DNA of 64,000 nucleotides. Source: Camelus dromedarius. Its lineage: Eukaryota. The DNA lies in assembly GCF_036321535.1 (NCBI RefSeq), contig NC_087437.1, forward strand, positions 21,516,001 to 21,580,000, in the 5' to 3' direction. The notes under the pieces were generated by a model. That model made no database searches, had not been told where the DNA came from, and was given only the letters and a program-made list of their open reading frames with translations. This document shows, one piece after another, positions 12,960 to 24,491 of this stretch; position 1 is the stretch's first letter; each line of letters opens with the position of its first letter. The position numbers and the translations under genes were made by a program.

Positions 12960-14018
12960 TTGTGGAACTGTATCGGAGCATCTCCTTCAAGCAGTGTCAC
13001 ACGTTCTCCCTTCTGCACTGCCAGCCCCACTAAATCTACCCCTGGGCCCTGCTGGTACTTCCGCCACTAAGTTCTCTCCCTCTGCCAGAAAGCGCACCTC
13101 TTCTGGTACCATATCACCCCTTGCATTCTTCGAGGAACACCTCTGCCTCAGCTATGTGTGAGGATGCCCTACTGGCCTGTCTGTTATCACAGGTCACAGG
13201 CCCAATGACCCAGGTCACAGGAGTGGGAACACACTCCTGGAAGAAACCTAACTCAAGATCCCTGCAGACAAAGCTGCCACCAGAATACTGTATGCTCAGT
13301 ACATTTTGCTGCAGGTAGTCAAAGCCAGCTTTGAGATAATGCTCTATTTAAAAAAAACCAACATTGATTTTGATTCATTCATTTACTCTTGGCCACATTC
13401 CTTAAAAAAAGGTGAAGTTTGTACCCCGAGATCGTGCTGTCATCACAGTCTGTCCAACTGTAGGTTTAAGCACAATAAGGACCTCGACCAAATTTCCTCA
13501 TATCAAATGAAATAAAGATAGGCTTATTGTCTTAGACGGTGATTCCTGCCATGATTGTCTTAGATGGTGATTCATCCTGGTGCTGCAAACAGTTGTCTTA
13601 GGGCTGTTGTTGCTCCAGAGGTTTGAACTGGAAAGGGAAAGACCTGGACTGATTTGGGGAAGCTCTCCACCATGATGGCTTCCTTGAAGTTTTCTTCATT
13701 GATGAAACTCTTGGTGCTGCCCTTCAGAAAAACAGGGACCCAGGACAGCATTCCATTCTCTTATGGCCTTTTCTACCCTAAGTACAATTCTAGGCCATTC
13801 TGAATGATTCTTTCAGTCAAATAGTCTTGGATGTCCTGCACAGTATGTAGTTTTTCCATAAAAGAACAGGATAGAGAACTCTGCTGACATCTGACAAACT
13901 GTTTGGGTCCCACAGGTGCTCTGACCACTGCTCCCCACTCATCCAGCGAGGCACCATGTTGGTCATTTGACAACTTGTGCAGAGCTGATGGCTCAACAAG
14001 GTGCTTCAGAGAGCGCTG
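12960..14018 (-). pseudogene. Decayed large exon with SF2-helicase-like Q-motif, Walker A and motif Ia remnants
   Basis: Frameshifted protein-like segments LHTVQDIQDYLTERIIQNGLELYLG*, FPFPVQTSGATTALRQLFAAPG*, KT.AYLYFI*, LVEVLIVLKPTVGQT, IEHYLKAGFDYLQQ; phase 2 joins the previous exon; 3' end approximate. Confidence 0.58.
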
Positions 14019-14790
14019 CTAATGTGGATGGATGGATATGTAATAAAGCCAGTAGAGTAAAATGTTAATGGTAGAATCTAGGTATTGGGTAAGTGGATGG
14101 TCACTATACAGTATTTTAAACTTTGCTGTCTGTTAGAACATTTTCATAATGAAATGTTGGAAAAAAGAAAAAAATTCCATTAAAGTGTCTGGTGCTATCA
14201 GTGGTGATCAGCCAAGATCTTTAGCACTAGCTCCTGTTCTGCCAGGTGTTCAGGGAAGCAGGTGGACTTAGGAGGGGGAACAGCATGAGTAGTGGAGCAT
14301 ATCAAGGCTCAGAGATATTTGTTGAGGGAAACAGGCGAGTTTCAGAATGATGCATAAAGCATGATGCCATCTATGTAAAATAAAAACAAAAAAATTGTAA
14401 GTAGTTATATGTGCAGATAATATGTGCAGCATCAACATTAAAAAAGGCTGGAAGGACACACACCATATGCTCACAGAGATGACCTCTAGAAGGTGGTCAA
14501 AAGATTTTACTCTTACATGTCATGCTTTCAAAATTTGTGGGAAATGTAGCCATGTATTACTTATACAATTAAAAATTAATTTAAGAAGAGAAAGTAAACT
14601 AGAACATGGATTTGGGAATTCAACAGATCTCTTCTGAATTTCAGCTCAGCTCCATGTCTCCGTGTTGCATCTCTGGGCAAGTTAACCGCTTTTGTGTCTT
14701 ACTTTCCTCATTTGTGAAATGATTTAATACTATTTTCATATTCTTATAAACGTTTTGAAGACTGGAAGTGTGATATAACGTGAACGGTAC

Positions 14791-15524
14791 CTAGTGGATA
14801 GCCCATCAGTAGTAACTTCTTATCACTGAGCCTGCAGCACAAACTTTGAGTGCTAGATTCATGGAGACATAATTGACGGTGTGAGTTGTGCCTGGGAGCA
14901 ATACAAATTGTCTGCAACAAACGTAGCGGAGAAATTCCCAGCCTTGGCCATCAAGCGAGAGATGTCTCCAACAGTCTGTGCCCTGTTGTCTTTTGTAGAA
15001 CATGGTGTTCTAATATAAGAAGCAAAGGGTACCTACTGCCATTCAAGATTTTGTGGTTAAGGATAGCTCTGACTCCATGTGATATATTTTGGGTAAGAAA
15101 TAGGCGTTTGTGCTCCTGATAATCCATGAATATAGTTGCAGCAGTCAATATTTGTTTGACATTCGAGGAAGTGTCACAAGCCTGAGAAAGACATCTTGGA
15201 AAGAACTCATATTCCTTAGACAACAAAGAGACTGAGAAGGTCTTACATGAAGAGAATGTGGGAGAAAATAATTCTCCTCAGGAAGGCCTGGAGTTCTTCT
15301 GTTGTTGTTTCTAGATCAAGTATGCCATGAATTGCAATGTACCAGAGGATCTCTGGTAAAATGGTCAGCCTGAAAAGCTGATCCTGGAAACTCTGATTCC
15401 ATATTTCTTGCTTCTTTTTGATATCCAACATACTGAACAGTATAGTAGCTTCTAAGAGTGCAGTTGCATCATTCTTACTTGGATGATTGCTCTGTTTGTC
15501 TATGATTTCCACTTTCTCTATTGT
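14791..15524 (-). pseudogene. Decayed large exon of the putative GREB1-family pseudogene
   Basis: ORF pieces 15243..15512 and 14951..15226 plus a third-frame VGDISRLMAKAGNFSATFVADNLYCS, linked by frameshifts and stops; tag acceptor, AG|gtac donor. Confidence 0.62.
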
Positions 15525-16759
15525 CTACAATGCCATCAGTTTTCATTTTGAAAGCAAATAGCCCCCTTCTTAAAATCATGTAATAGCTCGTATAAGAAGA
15601 GCACATAGAGGATGTCTTCCCATCCTGACCCTTCTTCCTCTTAAGAACATCACTTCACATGAATGGGCCTCAGCAGCCTCATTTATATTAGTTGACCTTA
15701 CTTGCCTACACAAAGGGAACATCTGATACAAACCTAGCCCATGTGGAGTTGAGATGGAGAGATGCTAGTCCTAGGCTGGCTGCTGGAACTGTATAACAAG
15801 AATTTGGAAGCCTTGAGTGTTAAACAGAAAGGTATACTAGAGAAGGTAAGATATCTGTTTCTGGTAGATACCTGTTTCTGGTAGCTTTCTGGGTCTTGGT
15901 TCAGGCTTCTTTGAAGCTCGGCTGCATTTCCATTTTCTGGATTCTAGGTGATTTTCCTGCATCTGTATGATAAATCTTCTACTCCTTACCTCATTTTGTT
16001 TTTTCTTGAGCTAGTTTAAGTGGGATTTTGTTACATCCAAACAAAAAAGTTTTGACTGAGCTTTTAGGATGACATCCGAACACTTTAGCATGGTCTGCAG
16101 TATTCCTTATGGTCTATGTCTACCTTCATCTCCATTTTACCTCTGACCTGCACCATATATAATTCTGCCCTGATCAGTCTCCATCCCGCATTTGGGTCCT
16201 ATAAGGCTCGGCTCCCTCAGAAAAGAGACCCTGATACTTCCCCAGCTGTGAGGTATCCCTTTCTTGTGTCCTTGTTATACTGCTTTTGTGCTTGGTGGTT
16301 TACTTGTCCCTTCTCTGCTAGACTTTATGGATGGTCAAGACTAGTTCTTATTCAAATTTATAACCCCTATGCTTGTGCTAAGCCCTTAAAAGATACCAGT
16401 CAATAGCAAATGAAATGAATAAAAGAACATATTCATAACAAAAACTAACTAGATAGTGTTGATATAAAAACTAGATTATAAAGCCTAAACTTTATAGAGT
16501 ATAGCCAAGTAGCTAAGAGTGTAGGATTTGGTGTCAGGCTACTGTGTAGGCGAAACCCGCCTACATGGTAGGGTTTTGAGCATTAAAGGAGATAATCTAT
16601 GTGAACCACTTAGCACAGTGGCCTAGGATATTAAATATGTAATGAGCGTTTAATAATTAGTAAGTATATTTATTTATGGCTCCTATATTTAGGAACTCAG
16701 TGAAATGTGTCTAAGACTCCTACAACTGTAGGAATCAGGGACTTCAGAAAGTACTGGAA

Positions 16760-16916
16760 GGGGGATGGTATAGCTCAAGTGGAAGAGCATATGTTTAGCT
16801 GGCATAAATAAGGTCCTGAGTTCAATCCCCAGCACCTCCTCTAAAAGTTAATAAGTAAACCTAATTACCTCCATCCTCCTCCCTGCAAAATAATAAAATA
16901 AATACACTAAAAAAAA
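16760..16916 (+). mobile_element. tRNA-derived SINE (vic-1-like) with 12-bp TSD
   Basis: TSD aaagtactggaa at 16748-16759 and 16917-16928; A and B boxes. Confidence 0.9.
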
Positions 16917-17569
16917 AAAGTACTGGAAAATTCTAAAGGCAACCATTTTCCAAGTTGAAGGAGTATAACTGGTACTGCCCTTTCATGAGGGCAGTTTGTA
17001 GGCACACTGTAGACAGTAAGCTTTGGTTAACATTAGGGAAAAGCTGTTTTGCAGGCCTTCTTTTATGTATAAACTGTAAGGACTGACTGCTGGCCCAGAA
17101 TGTGGTTGTTGCTTAAGAGCCTGCCTTTGAGAGGTCTGCATTTCCTTATCAATCCACAGTCCAGTAGAGGCAGCCCCTCAAGGTGACCTGCCCCACTGCC
17201 CCCAACTACAGATGTTGGAGCAAAGACCTGAACGATAAGGTCACAGATGCCATAGGGCTGACAGCCACACAGAAAGGAGACAGTGAACTGGAAGGTAATA
17301 CTCTTAAGGTTCAGTTTCTGAGAAGCCTGACCGGACTTCCTGGATTGGATTCTCTTGAGATTGCCCCACATTCTTAGAATAAATTCTCTTTTCTTAATCT
17401 AGCTTGAGTGGGTCTTGGTTTGTTTAGTGTTGATTTTCAAGACAAAAACTTGACACCAAGATTGGGGGAGCCAAATGATGCTACAGGGATGGGGTGGAGA
17501 GGGGTGATTGTTGAGGATGTCAGTGTGGGGAACTGGCAGTCTGGGGAATGAAGTGGAAAACAGCTAGCT

Positions 17570-17723
17570 CAGTCTCCAATGGCATTCCTACACTGCGTGC
17601 CTACTGCTGGATCGAGGTGGCCAAACACCATGTCAGAATGTGACCACTCCTTGGGGTCTGGAGTAAAGTACAACAGGAGAGACAGTCTCAGGTTTGTCTG
17701 AGTAAACAGAGCTGGAAGCAGAT
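17570..17723 (-). pseudogene. Decayed exon 2, HLLPALFTQTNLRLSLLLYFTPDPKEWSHSDMVFGHLDPAVGTQCRNAIG
   Basis: tcttcttgctag acceptor; phase 1 joins exon 1 in frame; ~50 open codons; donor unclear. Confidence 0.6.
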
Positions 17724-17882
17724 CTAGCAAGAAGACATTTTCTTTCCTCCTAACCCCTTTCTTCCACCTCCTCCCCTACCATACAGATATTTTGGCAGTA
17801 TGTATCATAATGCATCAGAGTTATACTGGGAGACATGGCCAGTATTAGCAAGATGTTAGTTTTGTAGATTCCCCAGTCTTAC

Positions 17883-17960
17883 GGGTAGGAATTAAAGCCT
17901 CTTCCAATCTGGCTCTTTAAGACCCTTTCCCTTGGTAGAAAAGATAGAGGGGATCCATGG
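17883..17960 (-). pseudogene. Decayed first coding exon of a putative GREB1-family pseudogene, MDPLYLFYQGKGS*RARLEEALIPT
   Basis: Strong pyrimidine tract and cag acceptor, ATG at 17958-17956 with G at +4, gtaag donor, one in-frame TAA. Confidence 0.6.
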
Positions 17961-18434
17961 CTGGGAAAAGGAAAAACAGAAAGAGAAGAGTCTCCCAGAT
18001 GCCCAAGTGAGGTATGGGGACTCTGAACTGGACACTGGATAGTGTGCCTCAGCTGGAAAAGCATAGAGGTGTTTGGCACCATCCAGAAGGCTCTGTGCAT
18101 TTAGGTACATGTGACAAATCCTTTTTACTAACATTTATAATGCACCTATCAAGTATCTAGTGCTTTAAACATATCAACCAAACAAGGGCTGTTGTTTTCT
18201 TCCTTTAGGAGATGAAGAAACTGAGGCTCAGGCCTTATGTAATTCGCCAATCCTAATATGATAATGACTTATTTAGGATTAGAAGTAGAGCTAGGATCTG
18301 AACAGTGGCCATCTGAATCTACAATTTGGACTTTTTCCACTAATCATGCTGCCTAGTTTATACTAAATGACATAGACTCAAAATACTGATATAAAAGGAT
18401 ATGGGGTTTAAGTGACTACTGTGACGTTTCCACT

Positions 18435-18440
18435 TTTAAT
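18435..18440 (-). terminator. Putative distal polyadenylation signal ATTAAA of XRN1
   Basis: tttaat on + strand, followed on the mRNA strand by a T-rich downstream element. Confidence 0.5.
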
Positions 18441-20637
18441 ATCACTGCAGATATACAAGAACAAACAGTTTATGAAATCATTCTCAAGTGATTTAATTAA
18501 AATCCATATAGCATTTAACATGTATAGATGTTTAAACTCTTTCAGTGACTCATATTTTAAAATCCTTTTGCACAACATTTTGAGGCTAACTTCATGCTAG
18601 AAATCTACAAATGTACAGCTTAACACAAAAATACATTCAGAGTCCATTCCAATGCAAGTTTAAAACACTTTAATTGCAGACAATGTAAAGATATTTAAAA
18701 AACAAAAACTACAAAGTGAGCACGTAAAAGTCTTCCCTTTTGAATTTTTAATAAAATACTGCTCTGTATAAGATCTAATGAAAAATTCCAGTTACTTATA
18801 AAATAGTTGTGAAGAAAGGAATTAAGACATATATATATATATGTATGAATTATAATTAATTATATTGTTTAAATGAACAAAATGTTGAACATTTTGATGA
18901 TACAGTATGCTATCATCAGTCATATATCAAAATAGATGAAAACACTCAAAGAAGCAACTGGGTGCAGGCAAAAGAAAATGTAAGAGACTGAGGCAAAAAA
19001 AAAAAACAAAAAAAACCAAAACCCCAAAACTCAAAACAAACAAAAAAGTCCTTTAACTCTAAGGGAAAGAAAGGAATAAAAGAACTTAAAACTGTGGACC
19101 AAATTCTCACTCCTATTATTTCATGAGAAAACAGTATGAGGATTTGGCTCAAATTACTAAAATATTTACAGAAATTTAATTATTTGGCCTAGGCAATTTA
19201 ATAGTGTACCCATTGCTGAAATAATCCATAGCAATAGGTGTACTGTTGGAAAAAAAATAATTTTTATAGATTTACCTATGTAAAACTTTATCTACTGGAA
19301 ACCAGAGTCTCCATCACAAATTGCACTTAAGATGGCTGAATGCAGTGATTGAGCAAGGCATTATTGTTGGTTCACTGACATACAGACAAAAACACAAAAG
19401 CAGCTATGGATTGCTGACATTCTTAACTACAAAAATTATTTTGTACCTTTTTTTCCTCTCTCTAAAAGAAGGATGAGTGGTGTTGGAGTTGTTAACTCAG
19501 TGGAACTCCCGCCTGCCTGCTGGCTCGGCCCTGCTGCTGTCCGTTTCAGCACTGTCTCTGACTGCTTCCCTAGCAGGAGATGTAGAGGTCTGACAGAAAT
19601 ACGAACCAGGTCAGCCTGAAACATACTCATTTCTGAAATTTTAAGCTATGTCCTGCCTAAGAAAGGAAGCTCCTACAAAAATGATTGCTTCACTGACAAA
19701 GCTTACAAAATGTACGTGAAGAACATTGCCAGTTGGAGTTCTATCACTACCTCTAGAAAGAAATGATAAGGGAACTTGTGTATTTTTTTTTTTATTTTTG
19801 TTTTTTTGTTTTTTTTTAAACCTAGAGGATGCCTGTCAGTCATTTCTCTCCAATAAATTAATTCTCCTCCATAGCAGAAACACAATTTGGAAGAAAGACA
19901 GTACTAAGAAATATAGCAAGCTCAAAAAGCTGGAAAACTGTATGTACACAGTTGCTTTAAAAAAGAGGCTTTGAATAATGAGATGAAGCATATTAGAACT
20001 AAGTTCAGTGGAGAGCTGGGCAGTCCTAGACACCTTACAGGTAAAAATTAGACAATCACTATGAAAATGTACGATTTATTAATACAAACAGATAATTTAA
20101 AAGTGAGTGACTAAAAAAGACATGTAGCTTATCTATTTCCTTGAGCTAGAAAGATATATTATAGTCTGAAAAATGCAGTGACTGGATAGGTCTTATTTAA
20201 CTGGTTCCTTCTTCCAATTACCTCCCCTTCTGCCCCCTCCAAGACTCTAGATTAGTTGGAAAAATATCAGTCTAAAACCAAAGCAAGTGCCTGATCATAA
20301 AAGAGGAAATAAACAAAAAAACCTGCATCAAGAGTTCTTCATCTCTCCCACCAACAGGAAAAATCAGATCTCCTTATCAGTTTCTAAAAGAACTACCTAT
20401 CCCTCTGAAAAGCAATGAAAGTCTTAAATTGAAACCAAGGCATACACAGAGGTAAAATTAATTTCTCATGCAACTGAGTCTCAGATGTTTAAGACTTGTA
20501 TCTACATGTTTAAGTCAATCAACACATTCTAGCTGTTAAATTATAAAACTCAGGTAATGACCAGGTAATGTAGGGAATGGTGAAAAGGAACAATGAAACT
20601 GGAAGGACCAATCTTTAAAATTCACTTAATTTGCTCA

Positions 20638-20674
<37 letters not shown>

Positions 20675-21974
20675 AAATAAAAACCTTACTGAAAGATATT
20701 TAGAAATAATGTTTCAGTGAGTAGAGGAAGGTTTAAACTGAGTAACTGCTCTAGTTATGTAGAAATATAAAGAATTTGTGGGAGTCTGCTCTTCAATATA
20801 GTCCGTGGTTTCACAGAAAGTCCACAGCAGATTCAACAGTTGAGTGGGCATATTTCTAAACTCTAAGATAGTTTGAGTCTGCCTCATCCAAAAAAAGAAA
20901 AATTGTAAGTTTCCCAATCTATCAGTGGAGCTAGTCTCCTCAAGAGCATCATGAGATAAAAACAGCCTCTACCTCTTCCATCCTCCCCAGAGAGGGCACA
21001 TCTCCTATTGCTCTCAGGCCCTATTCCGAATAGGTCTACAAGGGGAAAAGGTCAGATGAATGCCTGACACTACCTAGTCATTATGGAGCTCTCTCCTATT
21101 TTAATCTATCTTCAATCTTGACCTTTAGAATAATAGATTAAAAAAAAAGAGAAGGAACAAAAAGAAACCACTTTTATTGCTTATCTGTCTAGAGTTGTCA
21201 GCTTGCTTTGCTTCAATACTGAGGAAATATCCTATGGGTTCAGTGGCACTATGCTTACCAAAATTTGTCTTGGAGTTTTCATAAGACGGCATGTGCTCTT
21301 CCTTCTGTGCTCTAAAAAAGATGTGGGATGTACACTGTTTACAGAGCTGTCACATAGCCATGATGAATGAGGCAATTCTTGAATGCTGGAGTTTATACAG
21401 TTAAGTAAGGTGAAAAATATTATACACTTTAAAGTTGTAAAAAGTTAACATAACATTATTGTTACAATTTAAACTCTTTGTATTGTAGTCCTGGTAATGG
21501 ATGTTTCCTTTAAAAAAATAGTTTGTGAGGCAATAAGGACAAACACTGAGACTTACTTGAGCCTCATTACTCAAGATTCCACTACAGATAAACATTCCCA
21601 ATAAGGAAACGTTGGGAACCAATAAACATCTGAACCCAGGAAATTAATAGAAAATAAATTCACAGAAACTTACATGACTATAATAAATGACAAATAATGA
21701 ACATATATCTCTTATACTAAAGGCACTACTAATATACAAATATCCTATTAACATTTAGAGAAACTCTAAAATTAGCAGTTAGAGAAAAGAATCCATTTAA
21801 TTCAATACCAGCTTTTTAAAAAAAGAACAGACTATGACTCATGGCCGAGTTTACAATGAGCTAAATGAAACTGGATGTAATAAGCAGCTCCATACAAAAA
21901 TTGTGGTTCCTACTTTTAAAAAAGTATGATAATTTACTTCCTTAAAAATATAAGCATATCACAAAAACTAAAGC

Positions 21975-21978
<4 letters not shown>

Positions 21979-22010
<32 letters not shown>
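21979..22010. repeat. (AT)16 microsatellite in the XRN1 3' UTR
   Basis: Direct reading. Confidence 0.95.
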
Positions 22011-22015
<5 letters not shown>

Positions 22016-22814
22016 CTCAGGCCCTGGTACCACTGAGAAATTTTCATAAATTCTAAAATAATTTCAACAGCCACAGCTTACACAACATACACCCACACGT
22101 GACATGCAAAGACAAAATGCCAGAGTCACTGAACAGTTCAGCATAAAGCTAAAAATAGGGAAAGAGAATGAGACAGGCATTTGTCATGTAAGTAATACAC
22201 ATTATACACTGATTGTGCCTGTGCACACCTTGGAATTTTAAAAAATTTAGAATTCCATCAGTCCCAGGAAGCACTACTCATGGACCAACATGGAGCTCTC
22301 ATGTATGTTTAAGTAAGCAGGTAAAAAAGCTATACAAAAGAATAACACAATTTATTTTAATTAATGACATGATTAATATTTTGTACTTTATTCTATTAGA
22401 AGATTAATTTGTAATCATTATACCCTGTAGACTTTGAAACTTAATTTTATTAGAAATTACTAATGCTGGTTCTTGAATAATCTAAAAAATTGTAATTATT
22501 TACTCAAATCTAGATTGCTATTTATAGTTCTAAGCAGTTAAATGAAACATTCTGATTAGTATTCTGAAATTGCTTTGGTACAAAATTGAGAATAAAGCAA
22601 AACTGGCAGCACCACAACAAGTGTGATTACTTCACAGCAGGTCTAAAGGACCTTTAGAGACAACAGAAGTAAAAATACTTATAAATAAGAGCCATTCTCC
22701 TTACAATTCTGTTAGATCATTAAATAGAGAGATAAAATCCACTTCAGTAAATTACACTTGAGGCCCAATTTTCATGCTCCATTTAATTATCCCTCAATGA
22801 CAGTGTAAAAAATG

Positions 22815-22820
22815 TTTATT
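22815..22820 (-). terminator. Putative proximal polyadenylation signal AATAAA of XRN1
   Basis: tttatt on + strand, ~370 nt past the stop; further AATAAA at 22446-22451 and 22387-22392. Confidence 0.45.
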
Positions 22821-23186
22821 ATTATTGCAATATGATGTCTAATTCATAGTTTAGGATGCGTCTAATGATGAAGCCAATGGTTAGAGTGGTACACTTAAAT
22901 GCTTAGTCCACTGATATTATTTTAAAACAAGGTTTAGTCTTTTTTTTTAACAGCTTAATTGAGGTATAATTGATGTAAAACAAACTGCACATACTTAAGA
23001 TGCACAATTTGATGTACTGTCTTTTAAATAGCATGAAAAGTGCCTGACAACTAAAAAAGTCAAAAAAATTTAATTGAAACATACTGTTTTAAAATAGTAC
23101 ATTGTAATTTTTTATGAGACACAGATATGGATTTATAAAAAGATGAGAGGAAAGGAAAGAAATTAATTTAATTTCAAGTACCAAAC

Positions 23187-23489
23187 TTATTCAGAAGGTT
23201 TAGAAACGCCAAAATTGACAGCCAGTTTTCTTGATTTTCTTCTTGAAGAAGAGCTTGGTGTTGACTTATGGTGAGACGTGCTATGACCTGGGGAGGCAGC
23301 TTCAACTTGAAAAGAAGATACAGGCTGAGCAATCTGAGAGGATTTTAAGGAAACTGATGAATTCTCCTGTGGAATCACTTTGGTGACATCAGAAGATGCT
23401 GACTGGCTAGTCTGAAGTGGGGTTGCTTGAGAACTCTGGGCCTCCTTATTCTCAAAGATCTTTTTGTTTGCAACCCTTTTTTTAGTCAC
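23187..23489 (-). CDS. XRN1: XRN1 last coding exon, VTKKRVANKK...RKSRKLAVNFGVSKPSE-stop (C-terminal EDC4-binding region)
   Basis: aag acceptor, TAA stop at 23187-23189; C-terminus matches XRN1 as recalled. Confidence 0.97.
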   Translation of the reverse strand: MTKKRVANKKIFENKEAQSSQATPLQTSQSASSDVTKVIPQENSSVSLKSSQIAQPVSSFQVEAASPGHSTSHHKSTPSSSSRRKSRKLAVNFGVSKPSE

Positions 23490-23973
23490 CTTTAAGGAAT
23501 AAAAGCATCATTCATTAACAATGTAGGCAAAAAAAGCTAGTATCAGAAAATACCATAAACCATGCTGCTAATACTTGTCAATCACTGTTGACTTGTGACT
23601 TGCGCTTATGATCTCCAAACCAAACTTTAGAAATCCAAGGAATTTAGTTATGAGTAAAATGTTTAAAAATTATCCATAACTTAAATATAAATAAAATTTA
23701 TAGTCCTGATTTTAAATTACTTTCTTCTAGAAAAGGATATTATTATTTGCTGCAATTATTATTATTTATTAGAACACAAACTCAGACAGCAGGGACCAGG
23801 TCAGACTGGTCACTACTGGTCAAAATATATTCTCAGTACCCAGACTAGTACTGGGCTTCTATTTGGTACTGAATAGTAGTTACTGAATAAACAAATTTTT
23901 ATCAGTGGTCTTTCTGTAGTTTAAAAAAACATTAATTCTCTTAAAAATACACTAATTCTCTTTCAGGTCTCAC

Positions 23974-24134
23974 CTGCAGAGGTATGAACTGATTGTGCAC
24001 ACCAGCTGGCATTCCCCCAGCCATGGACATGGTCCCGGTGTATGAAGTATGATGGAAGGGCTTCCCAGGAACTGGCACTGGTGGTCCCCATGGCATTGAG
24101 CCAAAGAGATGAGATGATGAAGGCATTATATTAG
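23974..24134 (-). CDS. XRN1: XRN1 penultimate coding exon, ANIMPSSSHLFG...QFIPLQ
   Basis: cag acceptor, gtgag donor; 161 nt, phase 1-0; ORF 23941..24126. Confidence 0.96.
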
Positions 24135-24491
24135 CTGTTAAAAATCATAGAAAAGCTCTGTCTTAATAAACAGTATCATTAAAGCCCTGAACTTTAACAC
24201 CTTCTTCTGCTACCTTTTTTTGGCTTTTTTCATTTTGGCAAAGGGCATATACTTAACTTCTGATTAATCTTGCTTACAACATTCAATCTCAGGAGCCCCC
24301 TTAAGACTGTGAACCAACCACAGAAGTCAGCTTATCATTACGCTGTCTGGTCTATGAAGGCCAGTACCATATACTGACATCAGCTTTAGGAATATTTGTA
24401 ATACTATTTACAAAAATAATAAAAGGGTCATGAAACTGTCCTTTGGGGGAGAAAAGCGAGTGCATAAAGAGAGAAATCTTAAGGATCTCAC

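Larger units (their letters stand above)
18415..23186 (-). other. XRN1: XRN1 long 3' UTR (distal end approximate)
   Basis: Repeat-poor AT-rich stretch after the stop codon; ends near ATTAAA at 18435-18440, where MIR/L2-like repeats resume. Confidence 0.65.

Noticed and set aside
13344..13386. Apparent GT-AG intron inside the pseudogene exon
   Set aside because: Only ~43 nt, too short for a mammalian intron, and one reading frame runs through it
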